The notes below the pieces were generated by a model that saw nothing but the letters and a program-made list of their open reading frames with translations, searched no databases and had not been told where the DNA came from. Source: Nitrospirota bacterium (GTDB lineage Bacteria; Nitrospirota; UBA9217). Taken from it: a stretch of 64,000 bases of DNA. The stretch spans positions 64,001 through 128,000 of the forward strand of contig CAWBNQ010000008.1 in the NCBI GenBank assembly GCA_963790205.1. Reading direction: 5' to 3'. Below, piece after piece: positions 10,479-19,810 of this stretch (the first letter of the stretch is position 1; each line of letters begins with the position of its first letter). The position numbers were made by a program, and so were the translations under genes.

Positions 10479-10913
10479 TCACCCGCTCTTCTTTGATGCA
10501 TACAGGTAATCGACATAACCGAGGATCTGAATCTTCGCCTCTCCTGAAACCTGCCGAAACTTTCTTACCAGCTGTATCTCGTCGTTCGTCATGATCTTGG
10601 ATAAATAGGCGCATTGCTCGGCGGAAAGGGGGTATTTCCGTTTTCCGCTTCCGAATTTCGACGGCGAGGGAGAAAGGAAAAAACCCTTCACGTCAACAGG
10701 CACTTTCTCCCGGTGGGCGGCAAGGACCAACAGCGACTTGTCCAGCTTCAGCTTGTTCGCCATGAGAATAAGGGTATTGTCCTTCGGGATGTGTCCTTTA
10801 TTGAGGGTAACCCGCAGAAGTTCAGGGCTTATTTCGAGATGCTTCGATGCGTCCTTCAGGTTCCGCAGGCCTTTTTTTTCGAGCGCCTGCTTGATGATTT
10901 CGGATACATTCAT
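10479..10913 (-). CDS. hypothetical protein with N-terminal HTH-like region
   Basis: GAGGA RBS; Cro/XRE-like LKDASKHLEISPELL. Confidence 0.55.
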   Translation of the reverse strand: MNVSEIIKQALEKKGLRNLKDASKHLEISPELLRVTLNKGHIPKDNTLILMANKLKLDKSLLVLAAHREKVPVDVKGFFLSPSPSKFGSGKRKYPLSAEQCAYLSKIMTNDEIQLVRKFRQVSGEAKIQILGYVDYLYASKKSG

Positions 10914-11107
10914 TGCTCCATCCTCCTCGCGATATCCCTGTTGACTACGGCCCTCTTCGTCGCATCGGGTGTTGGAATGAAAAGTGGTCCTCGAAGATGA
11001 CTATATCATAAAATCGGGATTCCATACAGTATTTCTTGGCGGAATATTCCTGAGGGGGCGGTGACAATGGGAGCAGACTGATTGTCGAAAGGGGATATGC
11101 AGTTGCT

Positions 11108-11587
11108 TCACCGGCATTGCTTGATGATTTTCTCGATAATTCCCGTCGTGGACGCGCCTTCCACGTAAGGCACATTCACTACTTTTCCGCCCCGGGCTTC
11201 GACAACGTCTCTCCCGATGATCTTTTCAACGGGCCAGTCGCCGCCCTTGACCAGGACATCCGGCTGGAGTTCCGAAATGACACGGTAAGGGTCGGGTTCC
11301 CCAAAGAGCGTGACGAAATCCACGGCTTCCAGAGCGGCCAGGGTTTCCATGCGGTCTGCCTCGGCGTTGATCGGCCTTTTTTTGCCTTTGATCACGCGGA
11401 CCGATGCGTCGCTGTTAACGGCGACCACGAGCACGTCCCCGAAGGATTTTGCCTGTGCCAGATAGCGCGTGTGGCCGGCATGGATCAAGTCAAAGCAGCC
11501 GTTCGTGAAGACGATTTTCCTGCCTGCCGCCCGGAGAATGGCAAGGAGGGGAAGGAGTTCCTGAACCGTCTTGATCTTCCTGTGCAT
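11108..11587 (-). CDS. rfaE2: D-glycero-beta-D-manno-heptose 1-phosphate adenylyltransferase
   Basis: FTNGCFDLIHAGH, VNSDASV, LVKGGDW, STTGII. Confidence 0.9.
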   Translation of the reverse strand: MHRKIKTVQELLPLLAILRAAGRKIVFTNGCFDLIHAGHTRYLAQAKSFGDVLVVAVNSDASVRVIKGKKRPINAEADRMETLAALEAVDFVTLFGEPDPYRVISELQPDVLVKGGDWPVEKIIGRDVVEARGGKVVNVPYVEGASTTGIIEKIIKQCR

Positions 11588-11710
11588 GCGAAAATATAAT
11601 ATAAATGAGGAAAGAAAGCAAGCGGCGTTTAAAAGCGGGAACAACAGCCGGGTGGGTCGTGAGCGTTCCTGCGCGCTGTTCTTGATGCGCATGATGCGGC
11701 AGCGCGAACG

Positions 11711-12787
11711 CTATGAATCTTCGTGGGTGTTATAAATCTGATCGAACACCGGGGCGATCTCAATAAACGCCTTCAATACCGCGGGATCGAAGTGTCCCGG
11801 CAGGGTGCGCCCGTCGCCCACGGTTATCGTCTTAACGGTCTTTTCATGGTCGAGCGCCGGCTTGTACGGCCTTTTGCTCCGCAGGGCGTCGTACTGGTCG
11901 GCAAGCATGACGATCCTGCCTTCGATGGGGGTTTTATCTTTCTTGAGCCCGCGCGGGTAGCCGGTGCTGTCCCACCGTTCGTGATGGTTGAGCGCGATGG
12001 AGGCGGCCATTTGAATGGTGGGATAGGTCGATCCGGCGAGTATCTTCTCACCCATGGTCGTGTGGGTCTTCATGATTTCGAACTCCTGCCGCGTCAGCGG
12101 GGCCGGTTTCAACAGGATATTGTCGGGGATCCCTATCTTCCCGATGTCGTGCATGGCGCTCGCGAAGGTCAGGGTCTCTATAAAGTCCGCGGACAGGCCC
12201 AATGCCTCGGCGATCTTGTTCGAATAGAGCCCGATCCGGGAGATGTGGGCGCCCGTATCAGTGTCCCGGTATTCCGCAGCGGCGGTCAAACGGGTGGTAA
12301 CTTCCCTGGCGATGTTCTTGACCAACTGCAGCGCATCGCCCAGTTCCTGTGTCCTCTTCCTGACGGTTTCTTCGAGCATGGACTTATAGTTTTTTTCCAT
12401 TTCGATGAGCTTTGTATACTTCACCGCCTTGTCCACCGCGTGGACCAGATATTCGGGATTGTACGGTTTTGTTATGAAGTCGAAGGCGCCTCGTTTGATG
12501 GCGTCGACCGCCACATCAAGCTCGGCAAAGGCCGTGAGGAGAATGACGGGGAGCTGCGGATCGATGAGGTGGATGTGGCGCAGGAGTTCCATGCCGGTGA
12601 CCTCCGGCATGTTTATGTCGGTCAGTACGACGTCGAAGCCGAGCTCCTTTATCTTGTCGAGCGCATCGCGGCCGTTCCGGCAGGCGCTTACGGTATAGCC
12701 GAATTCCGTAAGCAACGATGACAGGGACTCGAGGACATAGGGATCGTCATCGACAATGAGCAGGTTGTTGTTCTTCAATTCGACCAT
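11711..12787 (-). CDS. response regulator with HD-GYP phosphodiesterase domain (RpfG-like)
   Basis: REC domain (VDDD, TDINMP, KP); HDIGKIG and [11 protein letters not shown]. Confidence 0.92.
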   Translation of the reverse strand: MVELKNNNLLIVDDDPYVLESLSSLLTEFGYTVSACRNGRDALDKIKELGFDVVLTDINMPEVTGMELLRHIHLIDPQLPVILLTAFAELDVAVDAIKRGAFDFITKPYNPEYLVHAVDKAVKYTKLIEMEKNYKSMLEETVRKRTQELGDALQLVKNIAREVTTRLTAAAEYRDTDTGAHISRIGLYSNKIAEALGLSADFIETLTFASAMHDIGKIGIPDNILLKPAPLTRQEFEIMKTHTTMGEKILAGSTYPTIQMAASIALNHHERWDSTGYPRGLKKDKTPIEGRIVMLADQYDALRSKRPYKPALDHEKTVKTITVGDGRTLPGHFDPAVLKAFIEIAPVFDQIYNTHEDS

Positions 12788-12865
12788 TTGAAACCCAGGA
12801 CCTTTCGCGCCATCCGGGACCAAAAGCCCGCCACCGGTGAAACAGTGTTTCCATTTTGGGTAGAA

Positions 12866-14584
12866 TCATCTGATGTATGCTTCCGTCACATACCGGCGCA
12901 TCATGCGGTGGCTGTTGAAATAGTAGGCGTTCTTGCTGATGGCGTTCCTCATCATGCGGCTCCAGCCGCTCTTGTTGGGATCATAATATTTGGGGATGAT
13001 CAGGTTCTCAAGCTTGTAGTACAGGTCCGCCGCGTCTTCGGCGTCCGCCGCACCCGGCTCCGACGTTTCGGTCGGCCTGGCGCCGATGGACCATCCCGTA
13101 AAGCCTTCAATGTGCCCCTCGATCCACCACCCGTCGAGCACGCTGAAATTCATCACGCCGTTGTGCGCGGCCTTCATGCCGCTCGTCCCCGACGCCTCGA
13201 GCGGCCGGAGCGGCGTGTTGAGCCATATGTCCACGCCCGAAACGAGCTTGAGCGCGATGTCCATGTCGTAGCCGGGCAGGAAGGCGATCTCGATCTTTCC
13301 CTTGAGCTTGTCCTGGTAGGCATGGATCCCCTGGATGAGCCGCTTTCCGTTGTCGTCGTGGGGATGCGCTTTTCCGGCGTAGACGACCTGGAGCTTCCCT
13401 TTTTCGCCGATCTTCAGGAGCCGCTCGACATCATGGAAGAGCAGGTGGGGCCGCTTGTAGGCCGTTGCCCGCCGCGCGAACCCCAGGGTGAGGACATTGG
13501 GGTCCATGACCACCCCCGTGGTCTGGCCGACGTAGGTAAGCAGCTTTCGCTTCGCCTCCCGGTGCGCCTCCCACAGCTCGAGTTCGGGGATGTTGCCGGA
13601 CCGCACGAAAAGCTCGGGCTCGTTCGCCCATCCGGGAATATACTTGTCGAACAGCTTCGCCATGTCTTCGCAGGTCCAGGTGAAGGTGTGCACGCCGTTC
13701 GTGATGGCGTGGATATGGTAGCCGGGAAACATGTGCTGCGACACTTCCCCGTGCTTTTTCGCGACGCCGTTTATATAGTTGCTCAGGTTGAGGGCGAGGA
13801 GCGTCATGTTGAGGCTGTCCTTGCCTGCAATGTCCCTGAGCACGTCGAAGGGAATGATCTCCCCGAGCACCTGCTTGACGAGGGGATAGGGAAACTTATC
13901 ATGGCCCGCCTCGACCGGGGTATGGGTGGTGAACACGCAGAGCTCTCTCACCCTCGTAATGTCCCAGACCGAGCGCTCGTCCCACACGCTCTCGATATCG
14001 CGCTTGAACTTGAGGAGCAGCTCGAGGGCCAGGAAACTGGCATGTCCCTCGTTCATGTGATATTTTTTGATGTGAAAATCGAGCGCTTGGAGCATGCGTA
14101 CGCCGCCCATGCCGAGGACGACCTCCTGCTTGATCCGGTATGCGCTGTCCCCGCCGTAGAGATAATCGGTCAGGCCCCGGTCCTCGGGCGTGTTCTCCGG
14201 AAGGTCGGTATCCAGGAAGAAGATGGGGACCTTTCCGCCCGTCGGGCTGATGACAATGTAGACCCAGGCCTGGATGTAGACGTCGCGGCCCTCGATCTGG
14301 ACCCTGACTTTTTCGGACAGGAGGGTCATATATTTCGCCGGGTCCCAGACCACGGGTTTTTCCCGCTGCCATCCCAGGCTGTCGAGTTCCTGGGTAAAGT
14401 ACCCCTTGCGCGTGATGAGCGTTACGGCGACAAGCGGGAGTTCCAGATCGGCGGCCGACTTGATGGTGTCGCCGGCCAGAATGCCGAGACCGCCGCTGTA
14501 AGTAGGAATGTCGTTCTTAACGCCGATCTCCATGGAAAAATAGGCGATCATGGGCTCGGCAATAAACTCGTGCAGGTTGTTCAT
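12866..14584 (-). CDS. glgP: alpha-glucan (glycogen/maltodextrin) phosphorylase
   Basis: YFSMEIG, YSGGLG, HMNEGH, EASGTSGMKAA PLP-lysine motif. Confidence 0.95.
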   Translation of the reverse strand: MNNLHEFIAEPMIAYFSMEIGVKNDIPTYSGGLGILAGDTIKSAADLELPLVAVTLITRKGYFTQELDSLGWQREKPVVWDPAKYMTLLSEKVRVQIEGRDVYIQAWVYIVISPTGGKVPIFFLDTDLPENTPEDRGLTDYLYGGDSAYRIKQEVVLGMGGVRMLQALDFHIKKYHMNEGHASFLALELLLKFKRDIESVWDERSVWDITRVRELCVFTTHTPVEAGHDKFPYPLVKQVLGEIIPFDVLRDIAGKDSLNMTLLALNLSNYINGVAKKHGEVSQHMFPGYHIHAITNGVHTFTWTCEDMAKLFDKYIPGWANEPELFVRSGNIPELELWEAHREAKRKLLTYVGQTTGVVMDPNVLTLGFARRATAYKRPHLLFHDVERLLKIGEKGKLQVVYAGKAHPHDDNGKRLIQGIHAYQDKLKGKIEIAFLPGYDMDIALKLVSGVDIWLNTPLRPLEASGTSGMKAAHNGVMNFSVLDGWWIEGHIEGFTGWSIGARPTETSEPGAADAEDAADLYYKLENLIIPKYYDPNKSGWSRMMRNAISKNAYYFNSHRMMRRYVTEAYIR

Positions 14585-14882
14585 ACTCCTCCTTGACTGA
14601 AGGTGAGGACAATAATGACCGTGAAGCGGGTCTCCGATAAAAGATAACAGAAACGGACGGCTATTTCAACAGCAAGCAATCGCTCCGTTTCATTATAACA
14701 CTTGACAGAGCATGTTTTTGCGGATATTTTGCTGCTATTACAATGCAGCTGTTGCCCCTCGCCTTTGTCCTCTCCCCAGCGGGAAGCGGGTAGGGAGAAG
14801 GGGATTCCGTAGGAATGTAACAATTTATTATTTCGTTTGTATTAGATCCAATGGCGTATGCCGAACCAGCGCGGAGGACAGG

Positions 14883-15461
14883 GTGAATATTATTGCGTTC
14901 AATGGCAGCCCGAGGAAGGGAGGCAACACGCAGATCCTGCTCGAGGAGGCAATGCGGGGCGCGAAGGAGCAGGGCGCGGACCTGACGGTCTTCAATCTGA
15001 ACGCCTTGAACCTCAGGCCGTGCCAGAACTGCGGCGGCTGCGACGACACCGGCCGCTGCGTGATCCAGGACGACATGCAGGCAATCCACGGCGCGATCCG
15101 TTCCGCGGACCGGATCATCGTCGCCTCGCCGATATTTTTTTTCAGCGTGAGCGCACAGACCAAGATCATGATCGACCGCTGCCAGGCTTTCTGGTCCGAG
15201 AAGTACGTGCATAAGAAGCCGGTGCCTCCGGGACCGGCCGGGCGCAAGGGGCTCCTCATCCTGGTCGGCGGCATGAAACGGGACGCGAAGAACAAGGGGT
15301 TCGAGTGCGCCGAGGCGACGGCGCGGGCTTTTTTCAGGACCGTGAACGTGCAGGAGCACGCGACGCTCGAGTACGGTTCAGTGGACAAAAAAGGCGAGAT
15401 CAAGGATGCCCCCGCGGCGCTCCGCGAGGCTTACGAGGCGGGGAAGGCGCTGGCGGTGTAA
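14883..15461 (+). CDS. iron-sulfur flavoprotein / flavodoxin family protein
   Basis: GSPRKGGNT and CxxCxxCxxxxxC; GTG start after GGAGGA. Confidence 0.88.
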   Translation: MNIIAFNGSPRKGGNTQILLEEAMRGAKEQGADLTVFNLNALNLRPCQNCGGCDDTGRCVIQDDMQAIHGAIRSADRIIVASPIFFFSVSAQTKIMIDRCQAFWSEKYVHKKPVPPGPAGRKGLLILVGGMKRDAKNKGFECAEATARAFFRTVNVQEHATLEYGSVDKKGEIKDAPAALREAYEAGKALAV

Positions 15462-15469
15462 AAACCCAA

Positions 15470-15652
15470 GGCAAGAGTATTTCTCGCAAAGGCGCAAAGC
15501 TCGCAAAGAACGCCAAGAAAATCCAAGGCCACGTGCTTTTGGTTTTAAACCAAAAAATTAATTTTGACTCAAGATCTTCTTTGCGACCTTTGCGCCTTTG
15601 CGAGAGACGCCGTTGGCTTCGCTTTTTCGGCTCCGGTTTGTCCGGGTCGGGA
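15470..15652 (+). repeat. dispersed palindromic element with CGCAAAG units (copy A)
   Basis: TCTCGCAAAGGCGCAAAG...CTTTGCGCCTTTGCGAGA arms around a TTTGGTTTTAAACCAAA core; homologous to inverted copy at 30191-30352. Confidence 0.8.
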
Positions 15653-15653
15653 G

Positions 15654-16202
15654 TTACATCCCCAGTTTTTTTCTCGCCAGCTCAACCAGCCCGAACACCT
15701 TCAGGTCCACCAGCAGGCCCTGTTTCTGCCGGTCCTGGAGATATTCCTGGGCGCTCTGCAGCGGGACCTCGATCACCTCGATGATCTCATTGTCGTCTCC
15801 GCCGTTTTTCCCCACCCGCTTGAGGTCCGTGCACAGATAGGCCCTGAGCGCCTCGGTCGAAGCTCCTGTTGAAATGGGGCCTTCGGCAAGGAACTCGAGT
15901 TTACCTGCCGACCAGCCGGTCTCCTCGATCAGCTCCCGTTTTGCCGCAACTTCCATGGTTTCATCGGACTCGACCAGGCCTGCGGGCAGTTCGATAACGT
16001 CGCGACCCACCGGAGGCCGGAATTGCCGTTCGAGGATAACATCCCCGGAGGGTGTGACCGCGACCATGACCACGATGCCGCCGATCCCCAAGCGCTCAAG
16101 CGCCTCCCACGTGCGCACGACACCCTTGGCGTCGCGGTAGGTGATTTCCACGGCGCTCATGAAATTGCCTTTCCAAACGGTCTTTTTGCTGATGATTTCC
16201 AT
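15654..16202 (-). CDS. NUDIX hydrolase (ADP-ribose pyrophosphatase-like)
   Basis: Nudix box ELPAGLVE..AAKRELIEETG. Confidence 0.9.
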   Translation of the reverse strand: MEIISKKTVWKGNFMSAVEITYRDAKGVVRTWEALERLGIGGIVVMVAVTPSGDVILERQFRPPVGRDVIELPAGLVESDETMEVAAKRELIEETGWSAGKLEFLAEGPISTGASTEALRAYLCTDLKRVGKNGGDDNEIIEVIEVPLQSAQEYLQDRQKQGLLVDLKVFGLVELARKKLGM

Positions 16203-16312
16203 ACTAATCAGTAGACAGTAGACAGCCGGCAGGTAAATGATCGACCCCTATGCTTGCGGGTTTTTTGTTTTGTATCTGACTACTACCTGCTGTTTACTGT
16301 CTACCGGTTTGT

Positions 16313-16927
16313 TCACAGCCACTTCTTCAAATCCAGCGTCAGGGCCGCGGGAATAATGGTGTCCACTTCGCGGATGCGCTTGCGGCCCGCCTTCTTGAAC
16401 ATGGCAAGCTGCATTGCCTTCTCTTCCTCGTAATGGTCCAGGATCGGGTAGTCTTCCTCGGGGATGTCTTTTTTGAAGTAGCCGCAGCCTTCCAGCCGGA
16501 CCGCGCGCCGCGGGCCGCGTATGGTCGGGCCGAAAATGCGGCAAATGTGCGGTCGCTGGTCGTAGATGAGGCATGCGCCTTTCTCGCCAAGGGCGGGGCA
16601 GGACATCTTCGCGGACCGGCGTGAAATGGCGTCGATGGAGGGCAGCGTTTTCAAGAGCGGGTCTTTCCGCGAAAAGGCCTTTTTCTTTTCGAGGACGTCG
16701 AGCTGCTCATTGGCCTTCGCGATCACCCGTTCACGGACCCGGGCGGGGACCCGCTTCAGCGCGGCGCGCAGGTGGAGCGCGTCGAGGAGCGTAATGTCGA
16801 AGAACCCGACGGAACAGCACTCATAACAGCCGCGCTTGCACTGTACCCCGTGCTTTTTAGAGGCCTTGCGGAACTGTTCGCTGGTCTTGTTGAGAAAATT
16901 CGAGTATTTTTTTACGATTCGATGCAT
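16313..16927 (-). CDS. YkgJ family cysteine-cluster protein
   Basis: CxxGCxxCC and CPAL..CLIYDQRPHICR. Confidence 0.85.
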   Translation of the reverse strand: MHRIVKKYSNFLNKTSEQFRKASKKHGVQCKRGCYECCSVGFFDITLLDALHLRAALKRVPARVRERVIAKANEQLDVLEKKKAFSRKDPLLKTLPSIDAISRRSAKMSCPALGEKGACLIYDQRPHICRIFGPTIRGPRRAVRLEGCGYFKKDIPEEDYPILDHYEEEKAMQLAMFKKAGRKRIREVDTIIPAALTLDLKKWL

Positions 16928-17075
16928 TCCGGTGGCGCCTTTCTTGAGAACGGTAGGGGATTATACGTGTTTGAAGGGAGGTTTGTCAACACCAGGAATG
17001 CCGGCGGAAGTTATTCTCAGTTCATCCTTGTATTTGGATTTATAATGTTTTTCCTTGTATCGGGGACCTGCCTTA

Positions 17076-17344
17076 CCCCATACGAAAATTTCAGGCGGGC
17101 GACCGAGTCCGAGGGTGAAGCATTTCGGATGCCTGCACCCAGCGCTTATGCTTATGAGTGTTTACGCGAATGCAGGGCGTCCGAAGCCCGCAGGTTGGCA
17201 AGCCTGCGGCCAGCGTTTATGAGTGCAACGCGCGAATGCAGGCTGTTTCCGAAATGTACCGAGGACGACCGGGCACGCCGGTAAAAATTTTTTGTCGGGT
17301 GCCCTTCTTTGGGGCACCTTTCTTGGGCACGCAAGAAAGGTGAC
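17076..17344 (+). repeat. dispersed ~190-bp structured repeat (copy 1) plus TTCTT..AAGAA hairpin tail
   Basis: 17076-17268 aligns by eye with the reverse complement of 25131-25318. Confidence 0.8.
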
Positions 17345-17476
17345 AATAATACTCAAAGTATTGCTGCCCAAAAAAAACAAGGACCTGGAGCCCAGAACGT
17401 TTCTCTAAAGTTCACGATCCTTTTCTTTTTTGCACAACCCCTTCGCGTCAGAGCTACCCGGCACAGGGTTTACTTC

Positions 17477-18073
17477 TTACTTCCGTTCCGGTCCGTTGCC
17501 CGCTCCCGGGCCTGCGCCCGTCCGGTTGCCGGGACCGCGCGCTCCGGCGATCATGCCGCGCAGCTCGCGTCTGAACTCCTGCTGGAAAATCACATAGCGG
17601 GCCTGCTGCTCGACCGAGAGTATGTCCTTGACCCCGCCGGTCTCTTTTCCCTCGAGCTCCACCATGTCCCGGCGGACCTTCTCGAGCTTGTCGAGATGGG
17701 ATTTTAATTTCTTTTCGTCCGGTTTTCCCGTCTTCAATACGGCCCGGAGGTCCCTCATGGTCTCCATGCGCTCATGCATGAGTCCGCGGCGTTTCTCGTC
17801 CATTGCGCTCAAAAAAGATGCAAGCTTGGCGCCGGTCTTCTCGTCGAGCTTGAGCTCTTCCGTAAGTCTCCACATCCTGACGGTTTCTATCTTTTTTCTG
17901 ACCTCTTCCCGTTTCCCGGCGTCCGGTTCACCCCGGCCCTGAGCGTCGTCAAAGCCCGGCTCGTTCCGGTATTGACCGCCCGTTTGTCCCGGCCCTTGCT
18001 GGGCATGGACCGTCGCTCCCGCCACGATCAACGCTGCCGCCATGATCGTTAAACGCACGCGTTTCATGGTCAT
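17477..18073 (-). CDS. periplasmic Spy/CpxP/heavy-metal-sensor-like protein
   Basis: Signal peptide, helical charged body, ILSVEQQ (LTxxQ-like) motif; downstream of ECF sigma/anti-sigma. Confidence 0.7.
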   Translation of the reverse strand: MTMKRVRLTIMAAALIVAGATVHAQQGPGQTGGQYRNEPGFDDAQGRGEPDAGKREEVRKKIETVRMWRLTEELKLDEKTGAKLASFLSAMDEKRRGLMHERMETMRDLRAVLKTGKPDEKKLKSHLDKLEKVRRDMVELEGKETGGVKDILSVEQQARYVIFQQEFRRELRGMIAGARGPGNRTGAGPGAGNGPERK

Positions 18074-18204
18074 CCCTCCTCATCCGGTTCTTCGTAGTGT
18101 CGATCTTTTGCCATTAACCACAGCGCACAGTATCTCATTGGAAAATCAAAATACCGTGTTCATGCTTTGATCGGGGATCCTTCCGTGTCCTCCGGGTTTC
18201 CTTT

Positions 18205-18846
18205 TCAGCCATTATCCAGTTCTTTTAACATCGTGGACAACCGCTCAACTTCACGAGCATTTAATTCAGCCAGTTCCTCATTGGGATCGGTATCGAAAAT
18301 ATCCGCTGCGTTCGCCCCGGCCTCACGCGCAAGGGAGGACAGTTCCGCGGCCGTCCAGGCGTCCGCTGCATCGAGCTCCGAAGGCGTCAATTCGGCGATG
18401 GTCACGGAGGTATGCCTGAGAACAGGATCGCGGGGGGAAACATCCTCGGAGGCATATTCCTCCCCGGGAAGCGCAGGCGCGGTCGTCTCCTGCAAAGACG
18501 GATGCATGAGGAGCCAGGAGACCGCGAAAACGATCCCCGCAGCGGCTGCGGCCCAGGCCCAACGCGGAAGGGCCACCCGCCGCAGCAGTTCATGAAGAGG
18601 CAGCCGCGGACGCCTCTTTTCCTTCTGTTGGACAGCGCGATACACGCGCTCCGGCATCCCGGCCCAGAAGGCCTCGCCGGGATCGGGAACGGGCTCGTCC
18701 GCCATCATGCGGAGCAGCGCTGCTTCCTGCGCGCAGTCCGCGCAGGCAATGAGATGCTCCCTTACCCGGGCACTGTCCGCTTCTTCGAGCGCATCGGCGA
18801 CATACGCCGGGAGCAGGTCTTTTATGTCATTATTTTTGCAAAGCAT
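18205..18846 (-). CDS. zf-HC2 anti-sigma factor
   Basis: HLIACADC motif plus one TM segment; follows the ECF sigma. Confidence 0.85.
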   Translation of the reverse strand: MLCKNNDIKDLLPAYVADALEEADSARVREHLIACADCAQEAALLRMMADEPVPDPGEAFWAGMPERVYRAVQQKEKRRPRLPLHELLRRVALPRWAWAAAAAGIVFAVSWLLMHPSLQETTAPALPGEEYASEDVSPRDPVLRHTSVTIAELTPSELDAADAWTAAELSSLAREAGANAADIFDTDPNEELAELNAREVERLSTMLKELDNG

Positions 18847-18861
18847 GTGAATACCCCGGCA

Positions 18862-19431
18862 TCAGGTTGAATGAATACCTTCAGACTTCTGTTGCGGCCT
18901 CTCTTTTTCCCCCATGATGCCCTTCAGCTTCTGTACCGCGTGGTGGTAGTTCGCCTTGGCAGTGCCGACCGAGCATTTCATGATACCGGCAATTTCCTCG
19001 AACTTTTTGTCCTCCTGGATCCTGAGCAGGAGCGTGATCCGCTGTTTTTCCGGGAGCCCCGAGAGCGCCTGCCTGAGCAGCATCCTGTTCTCTTTCACGA
19101 TCAACGTTTCGACCGTCCGCGGGTTTCTCCCGATGACCACGTTCTCGATCTGCACGTATTCGGCCCGCGAGCGGTCGCGATATACGTTCTTCGCGAGATT
19201 GATCGCAATCTGGTAGAGCCAGGTCTTGAAGCTCGACCGCCGCTCGAAGGAGCCCAAGCCGGTGAAGGCCTTGACAAAGGCGTTCTGGAGGAGGTCCGCG
19301 GCGTCTTCGCGGCTGCTCACCATTCGGTAAAGCAGGGAGTAGAGAGGCTTCTGGTATTTTATGACCAGTTCGTCGAATGCCGCCCGCTCGCCTGCCGTGG
19401 CCCTCGCGATGAGGTCAAGGTCTTCATCCAT
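18862..19431 (-). CDS. ECF sigma-70 factor
   Basis: Region 2 (SSFKTWLYQIAIN) and region 4 (EEIAGIMKCSVGTAK). Confidence 0.92.
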   Translation of the reverse strand: MDEDLDLIARATAGERAAFDELVIKYQKPLYSLLYRMVSSREDAADLLQNAFVKAFTGLGSFERRSSFKTWLYQIAINLAKNVYRDRSRAEYVQIENVVIGRNPRTVETLIVKENRMLLRQALSGLPEKQRITLLLRIQEDKKFEEIAGIMKCSVGTAKANYHHAVQKLKGIMGEKERPQQKSEGIHST

Positions 19432-19525
19432 GGAGAGACCTTGTCATGATAATTAAGACACCGGATTTTAAAAAAGGTTTAAAAAACATGGCGATCTCGT
19501 AAAAAAAATAAATTTGCCATTGAGA

Positions 19526-19760
19526 CCCTTGATTCCCGTCTCGCGATTTTCGGCGAGATGGTACGAAAACGGGTCTAAGCATTACCCTTGATTCCCGTCT
19601 CGCGATTTTCGGCGAGATGGTACGAAAACGGGTCTAAGCATTACCCTTGATTCCCGTCTCGCGATTTTCGGCGAGATGGTACGAAAACGGGTCTAAGCAT
19701 TACCCTTGATTCCCGTCTCGCGATTCCCAGCGAGATGGTACGATAATGGGTCTAAGTATT
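19526..19760 (+). repeat. 59-bp tandem repeat, 3 identical copies plus 1 diverged copy
   Basis: Units start at 19526, 19585, 19644 and 19703; no variable spacers. Confidence 0.92.
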
Positions 19761-19810
19761 GTGACTTCTCCGCGTCTCCGCGGTGAAAAGTTTCAGCCGT
19801 GGGCCGGGAA

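Noticed and set aside
12788..14596. Long antisense ORFs (also 20060-21781, 32158-33663, 40723-41844, 60054-61286)
   Set aside because: They are shadows of well-supported genes on the opposite strand in GC-rich DNA and have no motifs
19526..19760. CRISPR array
   Set aside because: Units are contiguous and identical with no unique spacers, and no cas genes are in the window
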